Program-made: the position numbers and the translations under genes
Source of the DNA: Dehalococcoidia bacterium
Lineage (GTDB): Bacteria > Chloroflexota > Dehalococcoidia > SZUA-161 > SpSt-899
Assembly (NCBI GenBank): GCA_046484125.1
Contig: JAWOBX010000043.1
Span: 3,047-67,046 of the forward strand
Length of the DNA: 64,000 nucleotides
Direction: 5' to 3'
Notes under the pieces: generated by a model
What the model was told of the DNA's origin: nothing
The model's input: the letters and a program-made list of their open reading frames with translations, nothing else
Database searches by the model: none
In this document: piece by piece, positions 9,646-19,988 of the stretch
Layout of the letters: each line of letters opens with the position of its first letter
Position numbering within the stretch: the first letter of the stretch is position 1

Positions 9646-10470
9646 ATGCCAGATCCTCTGAATAGATACGTCACAATAGATGGCCGTTCCATCCATTTCC
9701 TGGAATGGGGCAACAGCAGCGACCCCACGGTTATATTACTTCACGGCCTTTTCGGCAACGCTCATTACTGGGATTTCCTAGGGTACGAACTGAGCAGTCA
9801 ATATCATATTATCGCGATTGACCAGAGAGGACACGGTGACAGCCAGTGGTCAGGAAAATACGGGCCGGTCGATTATGTTTCTGACCTGGAGGAATTCGTT
9901 GAAGTGATGGGCTATACCAGGTTTGCCTTAATAGGGCACTCAATGGGAGGGATAACCGCGATACTCTATGCCTCGCGGCACCCGGAGAGGGTGTCAAGCC
10001 TGATGATAGTCGATATCGGTCCGCGTCTGGATACAGCGGGGACTGATAGAATGATTAGACAAATGGCCTCGGAACCGGAGTTCTTTGATTCCATGGAAGG
10101 TGCATTTCGCTATGTCAGGGATGTCGAGCCGTTCTGCAGCGATGCTTTTATCAGGCACCAGTTGAGAACGGCGTTGCGCTCTGGCGAAGATGGGAAACTA
10201 TACTTTAAATTCGATAAAGCTCTGCGCCAAATTCCTATTCGTTCTCCGGAATGGTTATGGGAACACCTGGTCTCCGTCTTGTGTCCGGCTCTTGTGATTC
10301 GTGGCCGGGAGAGCGACATTCTTTCGCGTGAAATGGCAAATGAAATGACGAAGCAGTTACCATATGGTTCGATGGTTGAGATAGAAAGAGCCGGACATGG
10401 TGTCCCGGCTGAAAATCCGGATGCATTTCTGGCTGAAGTGAAACGAATTCTTTGCACACAGAGAGAGTGA
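9646..10470 (+). CDS. Alpha/beta-fold hydrolase
   Basis: HGLFGN is followed by the nucleophile elbow GHSMGG. The start was chosen after the MBL stop (MPDPLNRYVTIDG); the ORF-track start at 9454 would overlap the upstream gene. Confidence 0.75.
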   Translation: MPDPLNRYVTIDGRSIHFLEWGNSSDPTVILLHGLFGNAHYWDFLGYELSSQYHIIAIDQRGHGDSQWSGKYGPVDYVSDLEEFVEVMGYTRFALIGHSMGGITAILYASRHPERVSSLMIVDIGPRLDTAGTDRMIRQMASEPEFFDSMEGAFRYVRDVEPFCSDAFIRHQLRTALRSGEDGKLYFKFDKALRQIPIRSPEWLWEHLVSVLCPALVIRGRESDILSREMANEMTKQLPYGSMVEIERAGHGVPAENPDAFLAEVKRILCTQRE

Positions 10471-10698
10471 AACAGGATAGGGATTGCCGCTGATGATTAA
10501 TCACCCCCAGTTGGTCTATATCTTGACTGACGGAACACCCACTCTGGCCCGCTAAACACATGTTAGGAGATGGGTGCCGAATCAATCCCTGTTTTACCGG
10601 TTGTGTCACCCAGCCTTGAGAAAGCCTTAAGACTTCGGGGGTACCTTAAGAGCCGTGAAGCCATCACTCATTGAAGAGGTTCTTCAGGGGTCATGAAA

Positions 10699-10735
10699 TA
10701 AATGAGGTGAGCTGAATCAGCTCACCTCATTTTAA
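10699..10735. terminator. Bidirectional intrinsic terminator between convergent genes
   Basis: AAATGAGGTGAGCTG…CAGCTCACCTCATTT is a roughly 14-bp perfect stem flanked by T/A runs on both strands. It lies between the convergent alpha/beta-hydrolase (+) and acyl-CoA synthetase (-) genes. Confidence 0.55.
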
Positions 10736-10768
10736 GTCCTGGAGATGATACCGCCACCGGTTTGAGTT

Positions 10769-12334
10769 CTAAGGCTGTCCGTATTTCTCGCGTAACACCT
10801 TTCGCTGCACTTTGCCGGTGGATGTGCGAGGCAGTTCATCTATAAAAACGATGCTGCGAGGTCTCTTGAAAGCGGATACTCTCTCTTTACAGAAATCGAT
10901 TATCTCCTGCTCAGTGGCAGTCTCACCCGGTTTGAGAACGAGACACGCGCGGGGTTGCTGGCCCCATTCAGGGTCCGGTACTCCAATCAAGGAAGCGTCA
11001 GCCACTTTCGGATGTTCGTAAAGTATGTTCTCGACCTCTTCGGGGGATATGTTCTCACCACCCCGGATTATCATATCGTCACCCCGGCCGGCCAGGAATA
11101 TATAACCCTCTTCATCCATGTAACCCTGGTCCCCGGTATGAAGCCAGCCGTCTTTCGTCAGTGTTTTCGACGTTTTCTCGTCATCCTTCCAGTATCCACT
11201 CATAATCCGTTCGCCTCTGGCCATAATCTCGCCTACCTGTCCGGGTGGCAGGGCATTGCCGTTTTCATCCCAGATCTGTATCTCAACGTCGGGCATGGCA
11301 CGACCGATTGAGTTGGCAATCCGGTTCAGTTTCTTTTCCTTTTCCTCCGGAGTTTCGTCTCCGGTAAAACGGTGATCCTCAGGCCCTAAAAAGGTAATCG
11401 TCGAAGCGGTTTCGGTCTGTCCAAAAGCATTGATGAACATCACATCGGGCATTAGTTCGATAGCCGTTTTGATTACCTCGTATGGCATTGAGGCCGCGCC
11501 ATAAGTGATAACCTTGAGGCTGGATAGATCCTTTTTATGGAAATCAGGGTGCTCGATCACCCATTTGAGCATGGTTGGCACCAGCATGGCGCGATTGGCC
11601 TTCTCGCGTTCGACAGTATCCAGCCATTCGCCTGTCTCAAACTGCCGCATCATGGCGATAGTCCGGCCACCATAGACAGCCGCCAGCATGGCCTGGATTC
11701 CCGCAACGTGATATAGAGGGACTGTCAGGATATTGGTCTCTTGGATTTCAGGATCGATCGGCGTTACGTTCTGAAGGGCGTATGAGACGAAGGCATTGTG
11801 ACGGAGGGGAACGCCCTTGGGCAGTCCGGTGGTGCCGGCTGTATACATCAATATGGTGACATCATCATCGCCGACCTCCACGAACGGCTCATCGGGAGAT
11901 GCATTGGCCAGAAGTTCATCGTAATTGGCTGCTCCCTCGACTTTGCTGTCAAGAGATACTATCTGAGGGGAAGAGGTAAGTTCGGGCTGCATCGATTTCA
12001 CCATATCGACGTAGCGATCTCCCACAAAGACAACTTTGCTCTCTGAATTATTGAGCATGTGGGCCAGTTCATCCTGTTTGGCCCTGAAATTCAGGGGAAC
12101 AAAAATCGCACCGATTTTAGCGGTGGCGAAATAGACCTCGACGAACTGATTGCAGTTGACTTGCAGGATTGCTACACGGTCGCCTTTCTGAACACCCATA
12201 TCAAGGAGTGCGTTGGCCAGCCGGTTGACTCTTTCGGCCACCTCGCCATAAGAATAGCGACTGTTCTCGAAAATGACACAGTCTCTCTCAGGGCAGATGG
12301 CACTGGCGATGGTGAGGAATTCCGTTGTATTCAT
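10769..12334 (-). CDS. AMP-forming acyl-CoA synthetase (fatty-acid--CoA ligase family)
   Basis: AMP-binding motifs are present (YTAGTTGLPKGV, the GEI…GYW region, and the C-terminal catalytic K in the PRTSTGKVQR context). The product is 521 aa. Confidence 0.8.
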   Translation of the reverse strand: MNTTEFLTIASAICPERDCVIFENSRYSYGEVAERVNRLANALLDMGVQKGDRVAILQVNCNQFVEVYFATAKIGAIFVPLNFRAKQDELAHMLNNSESKVVFVGDRYVDMVKSMQPELTSSPQIVSLDSKVEGAANYDELLANASPDEPFVEVGDDDVTILMYTAGTTGLPKGVPLRHNAFVSYALQNVTPIDPEIQETNILTVPLYHVAGIQAMLAAVYGGRTIAMMRQFETGEWLDTVEREKANRAMLVPTMLKWVIEHPDFHKKDLSSLKVITYGAASMPYEVIKTAIELMPDVMFINAFGQTETASTITFLGPEDHRFTGDETPEEKEKKLNRIANSIGRAMPDVEIQIWDENGNALPPGQVGEIMARGERIMSGYWKDDEKTSKTLTKDGWLHTGDQGYMDEEGYIFLAGRGDDMIIRGGENISPEEVENILYEHPKVADASLIGVPDPEWGQQPRACLVLKPGETATEQEIIDFCKERVSAFKRPRSIVFIDELPRTSTGKVQRKVLREKYGQP

Positions 12335-12483
12335 TTTTACATACTCCTTCCTGAATTAATAATTTCCGCTGGTTTCCCTCAATGAAATTTTCAATCGAGT
12401 TACAGCCTTCGTTAAACCCCCAAACCTGTGGGGTCTTTGAAACAGGGAACCCCCCACCTCCCCGCCCCGGATTTTTCAAAGAT

Positions 12484-13284
12484 TCACTGAGTCGACTGGA
12501 TTTTTTCTTTAACACGTTCCATTATCCTGATCATCGTATCACCAGCGCCCTCGTGAATACAAACCTGAGCCTGCCGGTCAAGATCAGTGCTGTCCCGGTT
12601 TATTATAACAAGACTGGCACCCGACTGCACAGCATAGCGCGGAATAAGGGCCGCGGGGTAGACGACTAACGACGAACCTATCACTATACAAAGGTCGCAC
12701 TCTCGAGCCCGGCGTTCCGCCTCACTCAACACCTTTTCAGGTAGTGCTTCACCGAAGAAAACGGCGTCAGGCTTCAGAAGGGCTCCACATTTATCACATT
12801 CCGGTACCTCTACGCCGCGGCTCATCAATCCCCTGATTTCATCCATGGGATATGTTTCACGGCATTCGATGCATATGGCTCGTTCCAGAGTGCCGTGGAG
12901 ATGAAAAACCAGGTCAGGAGTATTACCGGCCTCTTCATGCAGGCCGTCAACGTTTTGAGTAACCACGCACCCCAGCTTGCCCATTTTCTCCAGTTCAGCC
13001 CCGGCATAATGGGCAGCGTTCGGAGAGACGCCAGTATGCGGGATGAAGTCATCCTGAAGAAGAGCTTTCCAGTGAACTTTGCGGGCATCTTCGTCATAAA
13101 GAAATCTCTGCAAGGTGAACAAATCGGGATCGTATTTGCTCCAGATACCTCCGGGACTTCTGAAATCAGGTATACCGGATTCAGTGCTGACGCCCGCCCC
13201 TGTAAAGATTACTATCCTGTTTGAGTTGAAAACTAGTTCGGCTGCCTTTTCCACCAGAACTTCGAATGGTTCATCGCTCATCAC
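12484..13284 (-). CDS. cobB: NAD-dependent protein deacylase (Sir2 family)
   Basis: GAGVSTESGIPDFRS, GIW, the catalytic H (FHLHG) and a CxxC…CxxC Zn ribbon are present. Confidence 0.8.
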   Translation of the reverse strand: MMSDEPFEVLVEKAAELVFNSNRIVIFTGAGVSTESGIPDFRSPGGIWSKYDPDLFTLQRFLYDEDARKVHWKALLQDDFIPHTGVSPNAAHYAGAELEKMGKLGCVVTQNVDGLHEEAGNTPDLVFHLHGTLERAICIECRETYPMDEIRGLMSRGVEVPECDKCGALLKPDAVFFGEALPEKVLSEAERRARECDLCIVIGSSLVVYPAALIPRYAVQSGASLVIINRDSTDLDRQAQVCIHEGAGDTMIRIMERVKEKIQSTQ

Positions 13285-14015
13285 GTCACCCTCCTCTCGA
13301 CTGCCAGCATTTCAACCAGAAGTGTCTCCATTTCGAGCCCCTGGCTTAGAGTGAGGTCCAGCCCTCTGGTAATAGCGGCTTTGGCGTATTCGACCGCCTT
13401 CTGGTCTCTTAGCATTATCGTCCGGGCGATTGATTCCGCCACTTCAAGCAATTGATCCCTGGGCACAACACGGTTGACAAGTCCGATTCGCAGGGCCTCT
13501 CTGGCGTCGATTCTATCAGCGGTCAGGACGATTTCCGTTACTCTGCCGTGAAGCACAAGTCGAGGCATGGTCTGTGAGCCTCCTGCCGTTGGGACCATCC
13601 CGAGATTAGCCTCAGGCAAACCGAACTGAGAATCATCCGAGGCAACGCGGATATCACAACACATGGCCATTTCAATCCCTGCGCCCAGCGCGAATCCACC
13701 TATGGCGGCGATTATCGGCTTTTGCACACTTAAAAACATCCCCCATAGATCCCGCTCCCACCGCACCTCCCTGGCGATGATCATTGATGGTGTGGTTCCA
13801 AACTCGGATATATCAGCTCCAGCGGAAAAGGCCTTTTCCCCCGCCCCTTTTATAATAGCCACCCTTACTTGCGGGTCGTCTTTAACGGCGGGAAGAAGCT
13901 CATATAGCTCGTCTCGCATCCTTGTACTAACCGCGTTCAAAGCTTTGGGCCGGTTGAGTGTGATCCAGGCTATCCCGTCGTCCTTTTCATATATAATGGT
14001 TTCAAAGCCACTCAT
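13281..14015 (-). CDS. Enoyl-CoA hydratase/isomerase (crotonase fold)
   Basis: It shows crotonase signatures (AAIGGFALGAGIEMAMCCD). Its stop overlaps the cobB start by 4 nt. Confidence 0.8.
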   Translation of the reverse strand: MSGFETIIYEKDDGIAWITLNRPKALNAVSTRMRDELYELLPAVKDDPQVRVAIIKGAGEKAFSAGADISEFGTTPSMIIAREVRWERDLWGMFLSVQKPIIAAIGGFALGAGIEMAMCCDIRVASDDSQFGLPEANLGMVPTAGGSQTMPRLVLHGRVTEIVLTADRIDAREALRIGLVNRVVPRDQLLEVAESIARTIMLRDQKAVEYAKAAITRGLDLTLSQGLEMETLLVEMLAVERRVT

Positions 14016-14060
14016 GATATTCTCTTTAAGCTGATTATATAAGTACGGTTCATACGGAAT

Positions 14061-14801
14061 TCACTCACCCTTGAACTCTGGGGCTCGCTTTTGCAAAAAA
14101 GCCTCGATTCCTTCGGTGCGGTCTCGTGTGCTCTGGAGTATAAATGACAGGTCAGCTTCGAGCCTGAGTCCCTGACCGATGGTCATATCCATCCCCTTGC
14201 TGATTGCTTCCTTGGCATATCGTTCGGCTACAGGGCCTTTGGAAAGGAGCTTATTTGCCAGATTATCAGTCTCAGAGGGCAGTTCGGATGGACTGTAAAC
14301 CCGGTTTATCAATCCTATCTCCCAGGCCTGAGTGGAATCGATTATTTCACCTGTAAGGATCAATTCCAGGGCTTTACCCCTGCCCACAATACGTGGTAAA
14401 CGCTGCGTTCCCCCTCCAGAGGGGATTTTGCCGCTGGCGACTTCAGGGAAGCCGAGATGGGACTCTTTTAATGCGAGCCTGATATCGCAGGCCAGCGCCA
14501 GTTCGAGTCCTGACGATATCGCGTCACCGTTAAGCATGGCTATTACAGGGTATTTCAAGGAGGCAACCGCGCTTGACGCCATGGCGGAAGCAGTCTCATT
14601 CTCTGTCTCGCCAGACGAAAAGTAGTCCCCCTCGCCTGTAATCACCGCTACTCGCACATCGTCATCCTGGTTGATTTTCTGGCACACATCGGCCAGTTGT
14701 TCGGCCATAGCCCTGTTGATGGCATTTCTAGCTTCGGGGTGATTCAGCTTTATGTAGGCGATATGACCGGTCTTGTCGTAGGTTATATGCTTGGAAGCCA
14801 T
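14061..14801 (-). CDS. Enoyl-CoA hydratase/isomerase (crotonase fold)
   Basis: Crotonase signatures are present (AMLNGDAISSGLELALACD). Confidence 0.8.
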   Translation of the reverse strand: MASKHITYDKTGHIAYIKLNHPEARNAINRAMAEQLADVCQKINQDDDVRVAVITGEGDYFSSGETENETASAMASSAVASLKYPVIAMLNGDAISSGLELALACDIRLALKESHLGFPEVASGKIPSGGGTQRLPRIVGRGKALELILTGEIIDSTQAWEIGLINRVYSPSELPSETDNLANKLLSKGPVAERYAKEAISKGMDMTIGQGLRLEADLSFILQSTRDRTEGIEAFLQKRAPEFKGE

Positions 14802-14813
14802 TTCTGTTGCTCC

Positions 14814-15365
14814 TCACTGTATCTTGAACCTGGCGTAGCGTTCCCACTCACTGTATACACAGCCGCAGTACTTCTGAAGATAAAGTTCCATCTCTCTGGC
14901 CAATCTATGACTCTCTCTGAATCCATCCGAGAAATCGTGGTAATAGAATTCCACACCAGCCTCTTTTGCCGATGAGTTTCCTGTTTCTTCTATTAGTTGC
15001 TGGTCCTGATAGGGACTGATAAGCAGTGTGGTGGTAAACATGTCGAAGTTACGCTGGCTGGCTATCTCCGCCGTTCTTTCCATGCGCATTGTGTAACAAT
15101 CCGAGCACCGTTTGCCTTCATGCCCAACTACTCTCCGAAAATATTCGATCATATCATAGCCTTCGGTTTCAATCAGTGGAAGGCAAAGTTTTTCATTGAG
15201 TATCCTCATTGATTCAAGTCGCCTCTGGTGTTCCGTGTAGGGATGTATATTCGGATTATACCAGAGGGCAGTGACATCGAACTCTTGCTCTCTCAGATAT
15301 TTGACTGTGTATATGGCGCAGGAAGCGCAGCATGAATGAAGCAGAATAGAGGGCATTTTGAGCAT
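14814..15365 (-). CDS. queH: Epoxyqueuosine reductase QueH (DUF208)
   Basis: The N-terminal LLHSCCASCA Cys cluster and overall DUF208 pattern match QueH. The product is about 180 aa. Confidence 0.7.
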   Translation of the reverse strand: MLKMPSILLHSCCASCAIYTVKYLREQEFDVTALWYNPNIHPYTEHQRRLESMRILNEKLCLPLIETEGYDMIEYFRRVVGHEGKRCSDCYTMRMERTAEIASQRNFDMFTTTLLISPYQDQQLIEETGNSSAKEAGVEFYYHDFSDGFRESHRLAREMELYLQKYCGCVYSEWERYARFKIQ

Positions 15366-15610
15366 ATTATAACAGATGGACTTGTGTGTTGTGTATGGGT
15401 AAGAATACCCGCGAAACGCTATTCACATACAGAGAAATTCACCTGCCTGGTGGAAACTTTCCGCGGTGAGGGAAAACGGTTGTATGAGGCAATACGAATA
15501 TGCTTCCGAATTGACCACTGTTTTCGGAAAATCGGACGATAGAAGATTGCCTGAATGTTCCTGAACAATCTAAAATAAATGAGAATATTAAAATTAAGGA
15601 TGGTTTAACT

Positions 15611-16720
15611 ATGGTGGAGTTGTGGGATGTAATCGTTGTTGGCGCCGGACCGGGGGGAGCGATATCGGCCAGGGAATGCGCGGCCCATGGATTAAAGACG
15701 TTGCTTCTGGAAAAGAAAAAGATGCCGCGTGACAAGGTATGCTCCGGGATGGTGATGGGCGAATGGGCGCAAGACATCGTTAAGAATGGATTTGGCGAGA
15801 TACCCGAAGATGTATTGGCTGAACCGGGATACCTGCTTGGATATGCTGTCCATGTCCCGGGAGCGAAAGTACGCACACTTGATATAACCACACCCGTCGC
15901 GTGGAGGAAGGACCTCGATTACTGGATGTGTCAGCGGGCACAAGATGCCGGGGCGGAAATATGGGATGAAGTAAGGGTACTGGGGGCGAAATACGAGGAC
16001 GGAAAGTACAGAGTGCATTTGCGCCGGGGAGGGATGGATCGTGAATTGGCAGCGAATTATCTTGTAGGCGCTGACGGAGCCCGATCAGCCGTAAGGTCAG
16101 CTATATTTCCGGATCTAAAGACCACATACTGGCAATGTTTTCGTGAATGCTACGACGTAAGACTGGAGTTGCCGGAACGCCGGTTCAACTTCTTCTCCAC
16201 CGTGGAGACGGCGCCTTTTTATTTCTGTACACACGAAAAGGACGGAATGCTGTTGATGGAAGGTGGGGCTGCTTTAGGTAAGATCAGGGAGACGGCGGCA
16301 GAATCTCGACGCTACTTGATAGAGAACCACGGGCTTCCACCCGAAGCGAAGTCAATCTGGAGAGACGGATGTGTTGAACCGATACTGTACCGTGAACTTT
16401 TCACCGGGTCTTTTCGACCTGCCGATAAGAACGCTCTTCTTGTGGGTGACGCGGCGGGGTTGAACATGCCGGTAACCGGTGAAGGGGTCGGTACGGCTTT
16501 GAAAAGTGGAATGGATGCGGCCGGTGCGATCTTACAGGCTGCCGCGGGTGAGGGGTATGCTGCGGGAACCTACCTGCCAACCGTCGACGAAATAGTGGAA
16601 AAATATCAGGATATCTACAGTTTCTCCAGACGCATAAAGGAGGCGGCATCGACGGGTGAACCTGAGTCCCTGTCAGTTGCGCTGCTTCAGTCGTGGGACC
16701 ATGCGTTGAGATGTTTTTAA
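15611..16720 (+). CDS. FAD-dependent oxidoreductase, geranylgeranyl reductase family
   Basis: An N-terminal Rossmann motif VIVVGAGPGG and the GR-family layout are present. Confidence 0.7.
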   Translation: MVELWDVIVVGAGPGGAISARECAAHGLKTLLLEKKKMPRDKVCSGMVMGEWAQDIVKNGFGEIPEDVLAEPGYLLGYAVHVPGAKVRTLDITTPVAWRKDLDYWMCQRAQDAGAEIWDEVRVLGAKYEDGKYRVHLRRGGMDRELAANYLVGADGARSAVRSAIFPDLKTTYWQCFRECYDVRLELPERRFNFFSTVETAPFYFCTHEKDGMLLMEGGAALGKIRETAAESRRYLIENHGLPPEAKSIWRDGCVEPILYRELFTGSFRPADKNALLVGDAAGLNMPVTGEGVGTALKSGMDAAGAILQAAAGEGYAAGTYLPTVDEIVEKYQDIYSFSRRIKEAASTGEPESLSVALLQSWDHALRCF

Positions 16721-16803
16721 AGCTGTGCCCTGATGGTTCGGTAAAATAGTGAAGTAATGGGTTGACGCCGGAGAGTTGCGAAACACTGTGTACCGAAGGT
16801 ACA

Positions 16804-17718
16804 CTAACTTACCTCGAGCATACGATCCACAGAGGTGCGGGCTCTTACGCGTATATGTTCAGGCACCTTTACTTCAGGGGCCATAACTTCGAGTGATCGC
16901 AGGACTTTTTCAAGAGTAATCAGCTTCATATAGGGACAGACGGCCTGCTCGGAGATTGGGATGAACTTCTTCGCCGGATTCTCTTTACGAAGACGATGGA
17001 TAATGCCAATCTCAGTGCCTACGATAAGCTCTTTGACATTGTCGCGTGAGGCGTAGCGAATGATACCGCTGGTACTGCCTACTTCATCCGCCATTTCGAT
17101 TACTTCCGGTCTGCACTCGGGATGAACGACGACTTTCGCCTCAGGGTATTGCTCTCTCAGGCGGATGATATCTTCAGGACATATACGAGCGTGTGTAGGG
17201 CAGTATCCGTGCCAGGTGATGATGTTCCGGCCGGCCATGGATGCCGAATATTGGCCGAGGAACATATCCGGAACGAAGATAATCTCTTGACCTGCCGGAA
17301 AACTGGCAACGATCGTGGGGCCGTTGGCGGAAGTGCAACAGATATCGCTTTCCGCTTTGACCTCCGCAGAAGAGTTGACATAACACACAACCACGGAGCC
17401 CGGATGTTTTGCCTTTTCCTCTCGTAAATCATCCGCTGTGAGCATGTCGGCCATCAGGCAGCCTGAATTGATGTCCGGGAGTAGAACCACCTTATCGGGA
17501 CAAAGAATTGAGGCTGTCTCAGCCATAAAATGAACGCCACAGAAAACGATTACATCCGCGTCAGTTGAAGCGGCTTTCCGGCTGAGCTCCAGTGAATCTC
17601 CGGTAAAGTCAGCGATATCCTGTACCTCGCCCAACTGGTAATTATGTGCCACGATAATGGCGTTACGCTCGCGCCTTAAACGGTCTATCCGGTCTGTCAC
17701 GCTTTCAATAGAGGCCAT
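16804..17718 (-). CDS. nadA: Quinolinate synthase
   Basis: The NadA fold is conserved (…IVAHNYQ…, three Cys ligands, …HPEC…). Confidence 0.9.
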   Translation of the reverse strand: MASIESVTDRIDRLRRERNAIIVAHNYQLGEVQDIADFTGDSLELSRKAASTDADVIVFCGVHFMAETASILCPDKVVLLPDINSGCLMADMLTADDLREEKAKHPGSVVVCYVNSSAEVKAESDICCTSANGPTIVASFPAGQEIIFVPDMFLGQYSASMAGRNIITWHGYCPTHARICPEDIIRLREQYPEAKVVVHPECRPEVIEMADEVGSTSGIIRYASRDNVKELIVGTEIGIIHRLRKENPAKKFIPISEQAVCPYMKLITLEKVLRSLEVMAPEVKVPEHIRVRARTSVDRMLEVS

Positions 17719-17989
17719 TAACCGTTTCCTTACCTATTGACTTTGGCCTCGGCTCTCTTGTGCAGTTCAAATATCCCATGGTAACCTCCTCAACTGTATC
17801 TTTGGCCTGGAAAGGATGAATTCCATTCTTCATCAGCTCGTTGTACGCCTCGATGCCGAACCTGGCGGTTATTATCGCCTCGCGTCCCGAAATCAGGGCA
17901 ACGATGGCATTGATAGGGAGATATTTCGTTCCCTGACCGTTACCTGATCCGGAGCGTGGATTGTTGACCCTGGTTTCGTTTACTATCAT
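17705..17989 (-). CDS. Hypothetical small protein (uncertain)
   Basis: A 94-aa ORF overlaps the nadA start by 14 nt. No clear family was recognised and it may be spurious. Confidence 0.2.
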   Translation of the reverse strand: MIVNETRVNNPRSGSGNGQGTKYLPINAIVALISGREAIITARFGIEAYNELMKNGIHPFQAKDTVEEVTMGYLNCTREPRPKSIGKETVNGLY

Positions 17990-18070
17990 CGGTTACCTCA
18001 TGGATCAGGAACTGTGGTGCTTTCCCGAAAGTCCGGGCGACGGTTTAACCGTCGGTTCAAGCTACTGTTA

Positions 18071-18592
18071 CTAACATGTTTTATCCTCCGTCATAGTGCG
18101 CTCAAAAGGTTTCCCGTAAGATAGTATGCCATCAAGACTGAAAAGATGATAGTTTCTTCTCTGCAAAATCAGAAAAAGGCTGGCTATGAGAATAAAGGTA
18201 TCGAGTATGGTGGCATGCCAGACACCCATTGTGGTCAACTGGCCGAAACAGCTGCCGCAGTATGCCTCTCCCCTGATAATGGCAGTTGTATTGGCTACAA
18301 AAAAGCTGATACCCATAAGGAACGCTACAACAGCGCTGGGTTTGAGGAAAATCGCGAGTAACACATAGACTCCAGTGAAAAGTTCCACCCAGGGTAATGC
18401 CTGGGCGTAAGCTGATGCCACAAATCCCGGCAACAGGTCATAGTCTTTGACTACTTCTACAAATTCAGTATGATGAGGAAGCTTGGTAACTGCTGAGACG
18501 ATGAATGTGGCTCCGAGAAAAAGTCGCGCTCCGAGCGGGCAGTAATCATTTGAAATCAATCGGGCGGCAGTTAATCTATCAATTATTTTCAT
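18071..18592 (-). CDS. DoxX/MauE-family membrane protein
   Basis: It has four hydrophobic helices and a C-terminal CGSCFG. It is adjacent to the DsbA-like gene. Confidence 0.6.
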   Translation of the reverse strand: MKIIDRLTAARLISNDYCPLGARLFLGATFIVSAVTKLPHHTEFVEVVKDYDLLPGFVASAYAQALPWVELFTGVYVLLAIFLKPSAVVAFLMGISFFVANTTAIIRGEAYCGSCFGQLTTMGVWHATILDTFILIASLFLILQRRNYHLFSLDGILSYGKPFERTMTEDKTC

Positions 18593-18600
18593 CGGTTACC

Positions 18601-19206
18601 CTATTTATGAAGCTCTTTATCTATCATCCGGGCGAGATTCTCAATGTTGCCGGGATAGCCCTTATACTCTTTGCCGTTAACGAACATCCCCACGTATTCT
18701 ATTCCAGTAGCTTTTGCCTCTTCTTTCGCCTTTTCTACCTTTTCCCGATATTGTCCGCTTTCAAGAGCGAGGTTGAATTTTTCCATATCAAGTTCAATTT
18801 CTGAAGCAATCTGGTATAGGGAAGGGAGGTCGTCAGGGGTGTTGGTAACCAGCCTGTAATGTAACTCCCAGAACTTTCCCTGGTCGCCAGCCGCTTCCAG
18901 CGCCTCCGCGATTTTGTAGGAAAATTCTGAATTAGGGAAGTGGTGGAAATCCTGTAGAATTTGCCCCTCATATAATTCAATTGCGCGCGTCGCCAGAGCT
19001 TCTTTTTCCACGCAGAGATTGCATTCGAAGTCTGTGAAAGAGTCTATTACAACGGGCGCATCCTGTGGCCCGCGACACCAGCCGGAACAGTAATAGTCGT
19101 CATTATCAATAATCCTCTCCTCCTCGCTATTCCAGAGGAGGAACCCGAGGGCAGCGGTGAAAACGGTAATAGCGAGCACTGCAACAATGTATGTCCTGGT
19201 CAACAT
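18601..19206 (-). CDS. DsbA-like thioredoxin-fold protein (membrane-anchored)
   Basis: An N-terminal TM helix is followed by a thioredoxin CxxC (DFECNLC). The start was trimmed to MLTRTYIVAV to avoid overlap with the next gene. Confidence 0.55.
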   Translation of the reverse strand: MLTRTYIVAVLAITVFTAALGFLLWNSEEERIIDNDDYYCSGWCRGPQDAPVVIDSFTDFECNLCVEKEALATRAIELYEGQILQDFHHFPNSEFSYKIAEALEAAGDQGKFWELHYRLVTNTPDDLPSLYQIASEIELDMEKFNLALESGQYREKVEKAKEEAKATGIEYVGMFVNGKEYKGYPGNIENLARMIDKELHK

Positions 19207-19217
19207 ATATCTAGTTT

Positions 19218-19988
19218 CTAAACCTTTCGTGCACTTATAGTAGTACATATAACAGGAGCTATCTCCATCCCCTGACATCCAGCGAAGTCAAATTCGCTTA
19301 CAGACAGTGTTGCTATCTCCTGGAATCCCGCCTTTGTAAGACGCTCTGGGTATTCCTCCAGGCGCATTGCCCCGGCAATACAGTGAGTCCATGCCTGCGG
19401 ATTATATCTGAGTTTTTCCGGAAGTTCCCCGACAAGAGCTGTGTCAGAGATTACCAGTTTACCTCCGGGTTTGATAATTCTGAATATCTCCTCAAAAATA
19501 CGCGTTTTATCCACGGACAAATTGATAACGCAGTTACTCATAACCGTATCGAACGAATTGCCTGTCAATGGAATATTCTCTAAGTCACCCTGCGCAAATT
19601 CCACGTTTCTATAGCGATAGCGGGCCGCGGTGGTCCTCGATTTAATGACCATATACCTGGTGACATCTAGTCCAATGACCATACCTTCAGGGCCCACTTG
19701 CTTGGACGCGAGGAATACGTCGAGACCGCCGCCGGATCCAACATCCAGGACGATTTCGCCGGATTGCAACGCGGCACTGGCTACCGGATTGCCGCAACCC
19801 AGTCCCATCATCGCTTCCGCTGGCACGGATTCCAGTTCACTCAGGGAATAACCCATGGCCCTGGTTCTGGCATACGCGTTAATATCATTTTGAGAAGCGA
19901 AACAGTATGGATACCAGTCATCACTTTCGCTAGCACGTTCGGCGTACTCGTTGATAACCAGTGACTTCAATGCGCTTACCTGGTTCAT
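19218..19988 (-). CDS. SAM-dependent methyltransferase, ArsM-like
   Basis: A class I MTase motif VLDVGSGGG is present, with conserved Cys residues in ArsM-like positions (CGNP, NCVINL). Confidence 0.6.
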   Translation of the reverse strand: MNQVSALKSLVINEYAERASESDDWYPYCFASQNDINAYARTRAMGYSLSELESVPAEAMMGLGCGNPVASAALQSGEIVLDVGSGGGLDVFLASKQVGPEGMVIGLDVTRYMVIKSRTTAARYRYRNVEFAQGDLENIPLTGNSFDTVMSNCVINLSVDKTRIFEEIFRIIKPGGKLVISDTALVGELPEKLRYNPQAWTHCIAGAMRLEEYPERLTKAGFQEIATLSVSEFDFAGCQGMEIAPVICTTISARKV

